Source of the DNA: an uncultured bacterium
GTDB lineage: Bacteria; Auribacterota; Erginobacteria; Erginobacterales; Erginobacteraceae
NCBI GenBank assembly: GCA_963822585.1
Contig: CAWGIE010000026.1
Span: 96,001-160,000 of the forward strand
Length of the DNA stretch: 64,000 bases
Reading direction: 5' to 3'
Position numbers and translations under genes: made by a program. How positions within the stretch are numbered: position 1 is the stretch's first letter; every line of letters begins with the position of its first letter. Shown here one piece after another: positions 18,645-29,615 of the stretch. The notes beneath the pieces were generated by a model that saw nothing but the letters and a program-made list of their open reading frames with translations, did not search any database and was not told the DNA's origin.

Positions 18645-20413
18645 TGAAAAGGAGTTTTTTCTTCCGGGTCGTCCCGGGTATTATATTATTCGCCTGTAGC
18701 CCCGCCTCTCTCTGCCCGGGTGTCGTTGATATCCCACCGATCGTGCGGGGATATCCCGGCTGGGTTCCCTATCTGGCCGGAACGGGCGCCGTGGTTTTTC
18801 TCCTGATTCTTCTGACCTGGTTCGGGAACGCCCGTCTGCGGCGGCTGCTCATCCGCCGGACGGCCGAGTTGAAGAAGATCGAAGAACGGCTGGCTTATCT
18901 GTCTCTGGCCGTGGAATCACTGGGAGAAATGATCATCGTCACCGACCTGGATCACGTCATCACCTACGCCAACGCCGCCGTTCAACAAGCCCTCGGTTAC
19001 TCCGCGGAAGAGATGATCGGGCGCCCGGCCGCGGACTTTTTCGAGGGGATATCGGGGAACCCGCCCAGCCTCAGGGAACATATCCGCGGCGCGGGGGAAA
19101 CTCCCGTCTGGCGGGGGGAGATATATAACCGCCGGAAGGACGGGGACCTGATCCGGGTTTACCTGACACTGGCCTGGCTGCGGGACCCGGCCGGGAAGGT
19201 CATCGGCACGGTCGGAGTCTCGATGGATGTAACCGAGTATCGGGCACTCGAGGAACAGCTCCGCCATTCCCAGAAGCTGGAGGCCGTCGGGACTTTGGCC
19301 GGAGGGATCGCCCATGACTTTAATAATCTCCTGGCCGGCGCCCTCGGCTATCTTTGCCTGATCAAGAAAGAGATTCCGCGCCAGGGAGAACTATTCACCG
19401 AGATCGAGGCCGTGGAGAGGTTGCTCTGGCGGGGTTCCGATCTGACCGGAGCACTCCTGGCCTTTTCTCGAAAAGGGGTCTGCCGCCCGGAACCGCTCGA
19501 CATCAACCTGGCCGTGAAAGAGGTGTTGACGATGATCGGGAGAACGGGGGGGAAGAACATCGATCTGGTGACGGCTTTTGCGCCGGACGCCCGATCCGTC
19601 CTGGGAGACCGGGGCCAGGTGAACCAGGTGGTCATGAACCTCTGCCTGAACGGTTGCGAGGCCATGCCCGATGGGGGCACCCTGGCCGTTGCCACCCGCA
19701 ATATCGGGCCCGGGGACCGGATTTTCCGGCTACGGCCGGATCTGCGAAAAAGAGACTATGTATTGATCTCGTTCAGCGATACCGGGGGCGGGATTAAAGG
19801 GGAGTTGCGGGAGCGGATCTTCGAGCCGTTCTTCAGTACGAAGGAAGATAAAACGGGGGTCGGCCTCGGTCTCTCGGTGGCCAATGGCATCGTGGAGCGG
19901 CACGGCGGATGCATCGAGGTTGAAAGCGAAGAGGGGAGGGGATCCGTTTTCCGGGTTTATCTCCCGGCCACCGACCGGGAGGAAATACTGTCGCCGCCGC
20001 CGACCGGATCCCTGCCGGGCGGCGCGGAGACGATCCTGGCCGTTGATGATAACCCCGACTTCAGGACAGTGATCACTGATACGCTGGGGAATCTCGGCTA
20101 CACGGTGATCCCGGCGGTGAACGGCCGGGAGGCCTTGCGGATACTGAAAAAGAAGGGAGACGCGGTCGACCTGGTTCTTCTCGACATGATCATGAAGGGA
20201 CTGAGCGGTCCCGAGACCTTCCGCCGGATGAGGGAAATGAAGCCCGAACTGCCGGTCCTCATCTGTACCGGATCCGCTCTCGACGGCATTATCGGACGCT
20301 TGGGCGGGGAGAGGAGGTGCGGTTTTATCCAGAAGCCCTTCCCCCACCGGCGCCTCGCAGAAAAGATCAGGGACCTGCTCGACGGCTCGCTGGCGGAGAT
20401 TCGCACGGCATGA
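18641..20413 (+). CDS. Hybrid sensor histidine kinase (PAS, HisKA, HATPase, receiver)
   Basis: [27 protein letters not shown], receiver domain ILAVDD...LVLLDM. Confidence 0.93.
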   Translation: MMKRSFFFRVVPGIILFACSPASLCPGVVDIPPIVRGYPGWVPYLAGTGAVVFLLILLTWFGNARLRRLLIRRTAELKKIEERLAYLSLAVESLGEMIIVTDLDHVITYANAAVQQALGYSAEEMIGRPAADFFEGISGNPPSLREHIRGAGETPVWRGEIYNRRKDGDLIRVYLTLAWLRDPAGKVIGTVGVSMDVTEYRALEEQLRHSQKLEAVGTLAGGIAHDFNNLLAGALGYLCLIKKEIPRQGELFTEIEAVERLLWRGSDLTGALLAFSRKGVCRPEPLDINLAVKEVLTMIGRTGGKNIDLVTAFAPDARSVLGDRGQVNQVVMNLCLNGCEAMPDGGTLAVATRNIGPGDRIFRLRPDLRKRDYVLISFSDTGGGIKGELRERIFEPFFSTKEDKTGVGLGLSVANGIVERHGGCIEVESEEGRGSVFRVYLPATDREEILSPPPTGSLPGGAETILAVDDNPDFRTVITDTLGNLGYTVIPAVNGREALRILKKKGDAVDLVLLDMIMKGLSGPETFRRMREMKPELPVLICTGSALDGIIGRLGGERRCGFIQKPFPHRRLAEKIRDLLDGSLAEIRTA

Positions 20414-23400
20414 AAAAAGAACCGAATACCATCCGTCCGGTCGGCGAGCGGGAAGAAGAATGGTCACCCGCCGGGTCTCTGTCTCCTTTCCGTCTCTCCC
20501 GGCGGCTCTGCAATTTTTACGGAGTGATCCAGGCGCCTTCGGAAACCGGGACGGCCCCGGGCGGGGTCTTTGAATCCGCCCAGATGATGGCCGAGTCCAT
20601 TAACCGTCGCCGGGATGCCTCCGCTCACCCGGAACGCGCCGTGCGGGGAGGAGAGGTGAGCGCCATCTGTCTGATCGATAAGATCTTCCATTACCTTACC
20701 GGGGAATATCGCCGGCGGGAAAACCCCCGGGCACTGGAGGGAGCGGTGGAAGCCGCGAAAAAGCGTGCCGGCCGCGAGTCTCTTGATCGGACTCTGGCCG
20801 GTTTCATTGAGACGCTTCCCGGCCTGGACTATCCTCCCCCCGAGATATCGGCGGAAGAATACATAAAAAACGATTCCGGGACCCCGCCGCCCCGCCAGGA
20901 GGCCCTGAACGAATTACTGCTCACCGATCTTGCCCGGCGTAACCCGGCCTTCCGGTCTCTGGAAGACCTCTTTCGCAACCGTGTCCTGGAAGATCCGTCC
21001 CGCCCCCCGGAGGCCCTGGCTTTCCAGGAAGAATTTTACCGGGGAGAGCCTCACTTCGGACCGGAAAATCTTCCCTTGCCGGAATTCCTCCGGATGCCGG
21101 CCCGGGTTGCCCCCGATTCCCTTCCCGGGCAGCTGGACTACATCAAGGAGAACTGGAGCGGGCTCCTGAGTCCGGACCTTCTCGAGGCGCTGATGGTAAC
21201 CCGGGACGTCATCAAGGAGGAGGAGAAGCTCCGTCAGGCGGGGGGCGGCCCGGCCCTTCCCCCCATCCCGGTTGGAGATGCCGGCGGTGATTGGACCGGT
21301 GAAGGAGCCCTCGCTCATTTCGGCGCCCGGGAGTCATATGAGCGCTTCAGCCCCGATCTGGACTGGATGCCGCGGGTCGTTCTTCTGGCCAAAAATATCT
21401 ATGTCTGGCTGGATCAGCTCTCCCGGCGTTACGGACGGCCGATCATGCGGTTGGATCAGATCCCGGACGAGGAACTGGACCGTCTGGCCCGGTGGGGGTT
21501 TACCAGCCTCTGGCTGATCGGCCTCTGGGAACGCAGCCCGGCTTCCCGGAAGATCAAGCGCAGATGCGGCAATCCCGATGCGGATGCTTCCGCCTATTCT
21601 CTTTATGACTATGTCATCGCCGCTGATGTCGGGGGCCAGGCCGGGATCGACAATTTGAAGGCTCGGGCCTGGAGAAAGGGCATCCGGGTCGCCAGCGACA
21701 TGGTCCCCAATCACATGGGGATCTACTCCCGGTGGGTGATCGAACACCCCGGGTGGTTTATCCAGTCCGGGCGCCCCCCCTTCCCGACATACCGATTCAC
21801 CGGTCCGGATATCTCCGACGATCAGCGGGTAGCCATCTATCTTGAAGACGGTTACTGGAATCGGAGCGACGCGGCGGTGGTCTTCAAGCGGGTCGATCGG
21901 GAAAGCGGGGAGGAACGATACCTCTATCATGGCAACGACGGGACCAGCATGCCCTGGAATGACACCGCTCAGCTTGATTTCCTTCAGGCGGAGGTGCGGG
22001 AGGCGGTTATCCGGACCATCATCCATGTGGCCCGCACCTTCCCGGTCATCCGATTCGATGCCGCCATGGTTCTAACCAAGCAGCACTTCCAGCGGCTCTG
22101 GTATCCGCCTCCCGGCGAGGGGGGAGCGATCCCTTCCCGTGCTGGCCGGGGGATCTCCACCCGTGAATTCGACCGGCTCTTTCCCCGGGAGTTCTGGAGA
22201 GAAGTTGTCAACCGGATGGCGGAGGAGGTCCCGGAAACGCTTCTTCTGGCCGAGGCTTTCTGGATGCTCGAGGGGTATTTCGTGCGCAGCCTGGGGATGC
22301 ATCGGGTTTATAACAGCGCCTTTATGAACATGCTGAAGCTGGAGATGAACGACCAGTACCGGCAGGTCGTCAAGGAAGTCATGGAATTCGATCCCCAGAT
22401 TCTCAAACGCTTCGTCAACTTCATGAACAACCCCGATGAGGCTACCGCGGTCGCCCAGTTCGGAAAAGGGGACAAGTACTTCGGCGTCTGCACGATGATG
22501 GTGACGATGCCGGGGTTGCCGCTCTTCGGTCACGGTCAGATCGAAGGTTTGACCGAGAAGTATGGCATGGAGTACCGCAAAGCATGTTGGGACGAGCCGG
22601 TGGACGCCTTCCTGGTCAAACGCCATGAAGAGGAGATATTCCCTCTTCTGAAAAAACGGCACCTTTTCAGCGATGTCGCCAACTTTTACCTCTATGATTT
22701 TTTTCTGGAGAACGGCAGTGTCAACGAGGATGTCTTTGCTTACTCCAATCGTTATGAGAACGAGCGCTCCCTGATCGTGTATAACAACCGCTTCCGGAAC
22801 ACGACCGGTTGGATTCGGCTCTCGGCCGCCCGGGCCGTGACCGGTGCCCGGGGAGGGAAAAAACTGCTCCAGGCCGATATTGCCCGGGGACTCGCTCTCC
22901 GGGCAGCTGATAACGATTACACGATATTCAAAGACCTGCGGACCGGCTTGGAATATATCCGGTCAAGCCGGGAGATCAGGGAGAATGGATTATTCTTCAT
23001 GCTCCGCGCGTATCAGACCCACGTTTTCGCGGACATCCGGGAAGTGCGGGACGACTCCCGGAATTTCCTGGCCCGGCTCTGCGCGTCCCTGGACGGGAGA
23101 GGGGTGGATAATATCAATGAGGCCTTGAAGAGGGTTCATTTCGCCGCTCTCTACCGGGCATTCCGGGGCCTTTTCGATCCCGATGGCCTCCGTGATCTCT
23201 TCGCCCTCACGGGAGAATGCGACTCACTTGACCGGCTCCAGGAGGACGTGGCCGCCCGGGTGACGCTCCCCGAAAAGTCGTTTCTTTCCGAGGCACTTGC
23301 GCAAAGAAGCCAGGAACGGGACGTGACTGAAGAGATCGATCGCCAGCTGCGATACAGCATGGCCATCCTCCTGCTGGCTCCTTCCGGGACTCTTCCCCGG

Positions 23401-24072
23401 TGGACCAGTTCCCGCTACAGCCGCCCCGCGCTGAGAAAGCTCCTCTCCGGGATCCCGGAAACCGTCGATCCCCGGCTCGATTTTTTCCGGGTGGTTCTGA
23501 CCTGGAGTCTCCTCGAAACGATTGATAAAATGCTTGCCGCCGGACGCCGGGTGCACGGGGGTAACCTGTGGATGAGGGAGTGGTTCCTGGGCGAACAGGT
23601 TGTCCTTTTCTTTCAGGATTTGGGATGCGACTGGGCCACCGCGCGGAGGGAATTGAGTCTGATCATTATCCTGCTCCGACACCTTCACCGGATGAAGCAG
23701 GTAAAGACGAAGAATCATCTTTATCTGCTGGAACCGATCTTCAAAGACAGCGAAGTGCGGCGGTTTCTCCTTTTTCACTGGGACAACGACATCCTCTGGT
23801 TTAATAAGGAGCGTCTGGAGGAACTCCTCTACTGGTTCAATGCGGCGGCGACCATCGACAGATCGGTAGAGATCTGGAAAGGTGAAGATGCTCCCCGGGT
23901 TCGGGGCATGGTATATTATCGAGCCGCCGAAACCTTGCTGGATCTTGCCGCCCGGTCGGGATACCGGGTCAAGGAGTTCCGCAAGCTCCTGGCGGACCGT
24001 CCCCGGAAACGGAAATCCAGGAAGAAACCGTCCGCGGCGCCGGATCCGAATGCGGACAAAACCGTGGAATAG
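20410..24072 (+). CDS. GH13 alpha-amylase family protein
   Basis: DMVPNHMG, IRFDAAM, LLAEAFW and MNNPDE regions; ATG overlaps the upstream stop. Confidence 0.88.
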   Translation: MKKEPNTIRPVGEREEEWSPAGSLSPFRLSRRLCNFYGVIQAPSETGTAPGGVFESAQMMAESINRRRDASAHPERAVRGGEVSAICLIDKIFHYLTGEYRRRENPRALEGAVEAAKKRAGRESLDRTLAGFIETLPGLDYPPPEISAEEYIKNDSGTPPPRQEALNELLLTDLARRNPAFRSLEDLFRNRVLEDPSRPPEALAFQEEFYRGEPHFGPENLPLPEFLRMPARVAPDSLPGQLDYIKENWSGLLSPDLLEALMVTRDVIKEEEKLRQAGGGPALPPIPVGDAGGDWTGEGALAHFGARESYERFSPDLDWMPRVVLLAKNIYVWLDQLSRRYGRPIMRLDQIPDEELDRLARWGFTSLWLIGLWERSPASRKIKRRCGNPDADASAYSLYDYVIAADVGGQAGIDNLKARAWRKGIRVASDMVPNHMGIYSRWVIEHPGWFIQSGRPPFPTYRFTGPDISDDQRVAIYLEDGYWNRSDAAVVFKRVDRESGEERYLYHGNDGTSMPWNDTAQLDFLQAEVREAVIRTIIHVARTFPVIRFDAAMVLTKQHFQRLWYPPPGEGGAIPSRAGRGISTREFDRLFPREFWREVVNRMAEEVPETLLLAEAFWMLEGYFVRSLGMHRVYNSAFMNMLKLEMNDQYRQVVKEVMEFDPQILKRFVNFMNNPDEATAVAQFGKGDKYFGVCTMMVTMPGLPLFGHGQIEGLTEKYGMEYRKACWDEPVDAFLVKRHEEEIFPLLKKRHLFSDVANFYLYDFFLENGSVNEDVFAYSNRYENERSLIVYNNRFRNTTGWIRLSAARAVTGARGGKKLLQADIARGLALRAADNDYTIFKDLRTGLEYIRSSREIRENGLFFMLRAYQTHVFADIREVRDDSRNFLARLCASLDGRGVDNINEALKRVHFAALYRAFRGLFDPDGLRDLFALTGECDSLDRLQEDVAARVTLPEKSFLSEALAQRSQERDVTEEIDRQLRYSMAILLLAPSGTLPRWTSSRYSRPALRKLLSGIPETVDPRLDFFRVVLTWSLLETIDKMLAAGRRVHGGNLWMREWFLGEQVVLFFQDLGCDWATARRELSLIIILLRHLHRMKQVKTKNHLYLLEPIFKDSEVRRFLLFHWDNDILWFNKERLEELLYWFNAAATIDRSVEIWKGEDAPRVRGMVYYRAAETLLDLAARSGYRVKEFRKLLADRPRKRKSRKKPSAAPDPNADKTVE

Positions 24073-24128
24073 GTGCAATCTTCGGAATTTTCCCGATAGG
24101 CTCAGGGTGCGCCTCTGGCGCACAATAA

Positions 24129-24317
24129 TCTTATTTTTTCTGCGAAAAAATAAGAACGGTAAGCCTTAAGCCAATAGAAAAATCATATCCCCGGAAGTAG
24201 ATGTCGGCTGATGTTTTAAAGGCTTTTTTGTATGGTTGCCTCGGTGAAATATTCTAACTTAAGCAATAGACCCGACGAAGTCGGGTCCATGATTAAGTAG
24301 CGCCGAAGGCGCTAATT
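24129..24317. repeat. ~190-bp multi-hairpin intergenic element, copy 1
   Basis: Shares ttattttttctgcgaaaaaataag, ttaagcaa, a cccgac/gtcggg hairpin and tagcgccgRaggcgctaatt with 37779-37980. Confidence 0.65.
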
Positions 24318-24323
24318 AATATA

Positions 24324-25469
24324 ATGCTGAAAAGACTGCTTATATTTTCTCTGGTTGTCTTCCTTACCCTCCTCTCCACGGCGCATCCGGCGCCGGCGGA
24401 GGACCACCTGGTCATTCACTTTTTCGGCTCCCGGACCTGCGCCGAATGTCTTAAGATCAAGGAGACTCTGCTGCAACCGCTGGCGGAGGAATTCCCGGGG
24501 GTGATTGATCTCCGGCTTCACGAGATCGAAGAGGAGGATGGACTCCGGCTGATGCTGGAAATGGAGAAACGGTACGGCGTCACCGAACCGGCCCCGCAGG
24601 AACTTTTTCTCCCCCGGGACTGCCTGGTCGGCGAGGCGGATATTATGGCGCGGGGGGAGACTTTGATCAGGGAATATCTGGAAGACCCCGGACGCTGGAA
24701 ACCCCTTGAACCGGGATGGGAAGAGGATCGGGGAGATCTGATCAGAAACCGGTTCGACGAATTGACCTTCATCAGCATCCTCGCCGCCGGCCTGGTGGAC
24801 GGCGTGAATCCCTGCGCCATCGCCACCATGATTTTTCTTATCTCGTTTCTGGCGATGCAGCATCGCCCCCGTTCCCAGATCATCACGATCGGCCTGACAT
24901 TCACCGCCGCGGTCTACCTCACCTATCTGCTGATCGGGATGGGAGCATTCCGTTTTATCGTCATGCTCCATGCCTACCGTCTGGTCTCCCAGATCGTCCG
25001 CTGGTCGGCGGTGACGCTGGCCGGCCTGGTCGGCCTGCTCAGTTTCCGGGACGCTTGGCGATACCGGAAAAGCGGGGATACGGGGCAGGTCCTCCTTCAG
25101 TTGCCGAAACCGGTCAAGCTCCGCATCCATAAAATGATCTCCGGTCATCTCTCCGGCAGGCATCTCATTCTGGGCGCGGTGGTCACCGGTTTTCTGGTCA
25201 CGCTCTTCGAGGCTGTCTGCACCGGCCAGGTCTATCTCCCCGCGATCATCGTCATGTCCCGTTCCGCCGGAACCCGGACTGCCGGCTGGCTGTATCTGCT
25301 GTTTTATAACGTTCTTTTCGTATTACCACTTCTGATTGTCATGATTCTGACCGGTTTCGGTCTCACCTGGCATAAGCTGGCACGAACGACACAGAAAAAC
25401 CTTCCCCGATTAAAGATACTGATGGGGATTGTCCTGCTCGCCCTGGCCGCCTTCCTGGCGCTGGCCTGA
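24324..25469 (+). CDS. Thioredoxin-like CxxC domain fused to a DsbD/CcdA-like membrane domain
   Basis: CAEC, AGLVDGVNPCA, EAVCTGQVY, multiple TM helices. Confidence 0.8.
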   Translation: MLKRLLIFSLVVFLTLLSTAHPAPAEDHLVIHFFGSRTCAECLKIKETLLQPLAEEFPGVIDLRLHEIEEEDGLRLMLEMEKRYGVTEPAPQELFLPRDCLVGEADIMARGETLIREYLEDPGRWKPLEPGWEEDRGDLIRNRFDELTFISILAAGLVDGVNPCAIATMIFLISFLAMQHRPRSQIITIGLTFTAAVYLTYLLIGMGAFRFIVMLHAYRLVSQIVRWSAVTLAGLVGLLSFRDAWRYRKSGDTGQVLLQLPKPVKLRIHKMISGHLSGRHLILGAVVTGFLVTLFEAVCTGQVYLPAIIVMSRSAGTRTAGWLYLLFYNVLFVLPLLIVMILTGFGLTWHKLARTTQKNLPRLKILMGIVLLALAAFLALA

Positions 25470-25541
25470 GAATACGCGCAAAAATAATCAGTCCGATCCG
25501 ACCGATCGGTCGGATCGGTAACCTGAAAAGGAGAGATTCGC

Positions 25542-26228
25542 ATGACTGAACCGAACTATGACCGGGAACTGGCGGCGATCATCGACCATACTCTTCTCGA
25601 CCCCCAGGCGACCAAGGAGGACTTTGACAAACTGGTCGAAGAGGCAAAACAGTATCACTTTCGCTCCGTCTGTGTTCACTCCAGTAACGTGGAGTACGTG
25701 GCCGGGTTGCTGGCCGGGTCGGATGTGATCCCGATCGCCGTGGTCGGGTTCCCTCACGGGCAGATGACGCCCGTGGCCAAGGCTTTCGAGGCTCATGACG
25801 CCATCGTCAATCGGGGGGCGCAGGAGATCGACATGGTAATCAACATCAGCGCCCTCAAAAGCAAGCATTACAGCATGGTTTTTGATGATATCCAGCAGGT
25901 CGTGCGGGCCTGCGAGGCCAAGCCGGTCAAGGTCATCCTGGAGACCGCCAGCCTGACCACGGTGGAGAAAATCTGCGGCTGCTGCCTCGCCAAGACCGCC
26001 GGCGCCCGTTTCATCAAGACCTCCACCGGAACGGTAGAAGGGGGGGCCACTGTGGAAGATATCCGGTTGATCCGGGAGGTGGTCGGCGATGAGCTGCTGA
26101 TCAAAGCCAGCGGGGGGATCAAAACCAGGGCTTTTGCCCACCAGCTCATGGCCGCCGGCGCCAACCGGATCGGGACCAGCCATTCGATCGAACTGGTGAC
26201 GGGAGAAGCATTCTCCGGCAAGTACTGA
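25542..26228 (+). CDS. deoC: Deoxyribose-phosphate aldolase
   Basis: IDHTLL, VGFPHG, EIDMVIN, VKVILET, FIKTSTG, IKASGGI. Confidence 0.96.
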   Translation: MTEPNYDRELAAIIDHTLLDPQATKEDFDKLVEEAKQYHFRSVCVHSSNVEYVAGLLAGSDVIPIAVVGFPHGQMTPVAKAFEAHDAIVNRGAQEIDMVINISALKSKHYSMVFDDIQQVVRACEAKPVKVILETASLTTVEKICGCCLAKTAGARFIKTSTGTVEGGATVEDIRLIREVVGDELLIKASGGIKTRAFAHQLMAAGANRIGTSHSIELVTGEAFSGKY

Positions 26229-26237
26229 TCTTTGATT

Positions 26238-26409
26238 CACCACGAAGGTCACGAGCCGAACGCAGTGAGACGGGTCCCGCTCGCGGGACAAGGAGCGCAG
26301 CGACTGCCCAACGACACGAAGAGAAACTGGTTAGATTAAAGACAGGCTCGCTTCTATTTTCTTCGTGATCGCAGTCTACCCCGAAGGATTCGGGGTGTCC
26401 TTCGTGGTT
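26238..26409. repeat. Miniature inverted-repeat element with CACGAAG-based ends and nested inserts
   Basis: caccacgaag...cttcgtggt ends; related copies at 29436-29534, 42648-42806 and a half copy at 45284-45311. Confidence 0.7.
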
Positions 26410-26430
26410 ATTTTTTCCGTAAGCCGCGGT

Positions 26431-28056
26431 ATGCGAACACGATCTACATCCAAAGGACGGGGCTGCTCAGACAGGTGGGCATTTTTCTGGCTGTTCCTGA
26501 TCCTGGTTTTTGCCTTCACGGTCAGGCTGATCGGCCTGCGCTTCGGGTTCCCCTACCTGCTGCATCCCGATGAACCTACGGCGGTAAAAAGAGCTCTTCT
26601 TTTCTTCCAGAACGGGCTCAACCCCCACTGGTTCGGGATGCCCTCGCTCTATCTTTATCTCCTGCACTTTTCTTACCGGGTCTATCATGCCGCGGCCGAA
26701 CTGTTCGGCGCCGGGGTTATGCGGCCCCCCTTCAGCCCGGAGGAATTCCCCTACTATGTGATCGGCCGCTTCTGGTCGGCACTCCTGGGCTCCCTGACCG
26801 TCTGGCTGGTTTTCCTGATCGGGACGCGCCTCTATTCCCGCCGGACCGGTCTCGCTGCGGCCTTCCTGCTCGCGGTTGTGCCTCTTCACCTGCTGCATTC
26901 TCATTACGCGACCGTCGATGTCCCGGTAACCTTCCTGGTCGTTCTCTCCTTCTTCTTCTCCGCTGAGGTACTCACCCGGAAACGGACGGTGTTTTATGTG
27001 CTGGCCGGAATGGCGGCCGGTTTGGCCGCTTCCGCCAAATACAACGGGATCTTCGCTCTTTTCCCTTTCCTGGCGGCCCACCTGCTCCGGGAAAGGGAAG
27101 GGGAGGGAAGCGTTCTGAAACATATCATTACTCCCTCCCTGCTGGCGGGTCTGGCTGCCGCCCTCCTCGCGTTCAGTCTCGCCACGCCCTATTCTCTGAT
27201 CGAGTTCAGACAGTCACTGGCCGATCTCCGGACGCAGTCCCACTACCTCATCTCTACCGGCCATGGACCCATCTTCATCGACACCGGGCCGGGGATCGTT
27301 TATCAGGTTTTTTATGTTTTCTATTACGCCGGCGGGGGCGTATTCTGGATTATGGCAATGGCGGGCGTTCTCTTCGCCCTCTATCGGCACCGGAAAGCGG
27401 ACGCGCTCATCTTCTCCTGGGTGATCCCTTACCTTGTTCTGCTCTCCATCCCGGTGGTAAAATTTTCCCGCTTCTTCATCCCCCTGCTCCCGTTTTTCTC
27501 CCTCTGGTCCGGGCGCCTGCTCGACCTGGAGGGCTGTTCTTCCCGGCCGTTCGCCGGAAGGCTGGTGCGGTATGCTTGGCTAGTGGGCGCTCTCTGGCTG
27601 GGGGTGCAGGCGGTTGCCTTCACCGCCCTGCTGGCCCGGGCCGATGTCCGCCTCGAGGCCAAGGAATGGCTGGAGGAGAATCTCCCGCCGCCGGCCCGTA
27701 TCGGCCTGATCAAAACGGAGACGGGCCTCATCTTTCTGGACGATCCTCCCCTGAAGCGCTCCGGAACCGGCCTGGTGGTCGAGCAGTATGACCGTCTGCT
27801 TCCGGCGCTCCAGCACGCCCCGGATTACATTATCGCCACCGACTTTGATTATCGACAGATCCTCCGGCTGAAGGAACTCTATGACATCAAGCGGTATGAC
27901 CTCTGGAGGGATTTCCTGGCCGGTCGTCGGGATTACACCCTGCTCAAGGAGTTTGACCGGTCGCCCCGTTTTCTCTGGTTCCGGTTCGGTGGGGACTTCC
28001 CGCCTCACGACATGCTCTATAACCGCCCCCGTATCTCCGTCTTTCGGCATAATTAG
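26431..28056 (+). CDS. GT-C fold membrane glycosyltransferase (ArnT/PMT family)
   Basis: LHPDEP loop motif, SHYATVD, AKYNG, many TM helices. Confidence 0.85.
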   Translation: MRTRSTSKGRGCSDRWAFFWLFLILVFAFTVRLIGLRFGFPYLLHPDEPTAVKRALLFFQNGLNPHWFGMPSLYLYLLHFSYRVYHAAAELFGAGVMRPPFSPEEFPYYVIGRFWSALLGSLTVWLVFLIGTRLYSRRTGLAAAFLLAVVPLHLLHSHYATVDVPVTFLVVLSFFFSAEVLTRKRTVFYVLAGMAAGLAASAKYNGIFALFPFLAAHLLREREGEGSVLKHIITPSLLAGLAAALLAFSLATPYSLIEFRQSLADLRTQSHYLISTGHGPIFIDTGPGIVYQVFYVFYYAGGGVFWIMAMAGVLFALYRHRKADALIFSWVIPYLVLLSIPVVKFSRFFIPLLPFFSLWSGRLLDLEGCSSRPFAGRLVRYAWLVGALWLGVQAVAFTALLARADVRLEAKEWLEENLPPPARIGLIKTETGLIFLDDPPLKRSGTGLVVEQYDRLLPALQHAPDYIIATDFDYRQILRLKELYDIKRYDLWRDFLAGRRDYTLLKEFDRSPRFLWFRFGGDFPPHDMLYNRPRISVFRHN

Positions 28057-28241
28057 GAGCCTGTCCGGAGAGCCTGCTTTATTCTTCCAATGGCTCATAT
28101 TCAATGATATAAAAAATGGTTTTTCGGGGGTGATTGTTGATGCATGACCCAAAAAACGAGACGCGAATCAGCAATGGTTGTTTCAAAACAAAAGGAAATA
28201 GTGGGTAACGTTACCTGCTCAATGTCCGGATCCCTGAAGAT

Positions 28242-29435
28242 ATGAACACCGGAGAACAGATGGGGATAGACAGCCTCACCCCGGATATGGTGCGGTTTTT
28301 ACGGGAGATCGTTGCCATTCCTTCGCCCAGCGGCGGCGAAGGAACGGTCTTAAAACGCGTTGCCGCCGAGATGGCCCAGACGGGCTGGGAAGAGATGCGT
28401 TTCGACGGGATCGGCAACCTTCTGGGGAAGATCGGTTCCGGCAGACATGTCCTGGCGATCGACGCCCACGCCGATACCGTCGGTCCGGGCGCGGCCGCCG
28501 GCTGGAAGTGCGATCCTTACCGGGGTCTGGAGCGCGCCGGCTGGATCTGGGGGAGAGGAACGGTCGATCAAAAAGGAGGCCTGGCGGCCGCGGTCTATGC
28601 GGGTCGCCTGATCAGAGAACAGGGACTGCTGGATGACTATACTCTTTACCTTGCCGTCACCGTTCAGGAGGAAGACTGCGAGGGTATCAGCTGGGACCAT
28701 CTTATTACCAAGGAGAAGTTCCGGCCGGAGGGGGTGATCCTGACCGAGCCCACGAATATGCAAATCAAGAACGGCCAGCTCGGACACCTGGAGATGGTGG
28801 TATCCGCCGCCGGACGTTCCGCCCATGCCTTCTGCCCGGAGAAGGGAGAGAACGCGATCTACCGGATGGCGCCCCTGATCCGGAAGATCCAGGAGATCGC
28901 TCCCCGCCTCGCTTCCCATCCGGCCTTCGGCCGGGGACGGATCAGCGTCACGGATATACGGTCGGAAAGCCCGAGCGGGAACTCGATCCCCGACTCCTGC
29001 CGGATCCTGATCGATCGAAGATTCTGTCCGCAGGAAAGTGAAGAAGACCTGATAGATGAAATCCGGGCGCTTTTCGCCGGCGGCGATTTCACTATCGCCG
29101 TTCCGGTTTACCGGGAGCGCTCTCACTTGGGGGTGATCCTGGAGGGGAAGAAGTTTTTCCCGAGCTGGCTCACGGACAAGAAGACTCCGCTGGTCCGGAG
29201 CGCCCGGGGGGCTCTGCAGTCGCTCCCGGGGGCCCTCCCCGGCGTCGGCACCTGGAGTTTCAGCACCAACGGCGCCAGCACCATGGGAAGACACGGCATC
29301 CCTACGATCGGGTTCGGTCCGGGCGAGGAGATCATGGCTCATCAGCCCGATGAGAGGGTTCCGATCGCACAGCTGTCGGCGGCATGCGCTTTCTATGCCC
29401 ATCTTCCCAAAGAATACTGTCGCCTACTCAATTAA
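28242..29435 (+). CDS. M20 family metallopeptidase, YgeY-like
   Basis: DAHADTV, GRGTVDQKGG, VQEEDCEG, FSTNG, GFGPGEE..AH. Confidence 0.88.
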   Translation: MNTGEQMGIDSLTPDMVRFLREIVAIPSPSGGEGTVLKRVAAEMAQTGWEEMRFDGIGNLLGKIGSGRHVLAIDAHADTVGPGAAAGWKCDPYRGLERAGWIWGRGTVDQKGGLAAAVYAGRLIREQGLLDDYTLYLAVTVQEEDCEGISWDHLITKEKFRPEGVILTEPTNMQIKNGQLGHLEMVVSAAGRSAHAFCPEKGENAIYRMAPLIRKIQEIAPRLASHPAFGRGRISVTDIRSESPSGNSIPDSCRILIDRRFCPQESEEDLIDEIRALFAGGDFTIAVPVYRERSHLGVILEGKKFFPSWLTDKKTPLVRSARGALQSLPGALPGVGTWSFSTNGASTMGRHGIPTIGFGPGEEIMAHQPDERVPIAQLSAACAFYAHLPKEYCRLLN

Positions 29436-29534
29436 AACCACGAAGGACACGAAGAACACGAAGATTTCTAAAAAATGAGCTGCAGTTTATTTATTTTCTC
29501 GAACCTCCTTCGTGTACTTCGTGTTCTTCGTGGT
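29436..29534. repeat. CACGAAG-type miniature inverted-repeat element (simple form)
   Basis: accacgaaggacacgaagaacacgaag ... cttcgtgtacttcgtgttcttcgtggt. Confidence 0.75.
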
Positions 29535-29615
29535 GAATAACCTCGTTGTTTTAAGACGAAATCTTAAAATGTCTTATTGAATATAGTATGCCTTCAAGCG
29601 AAAGGGAGGGATGAT

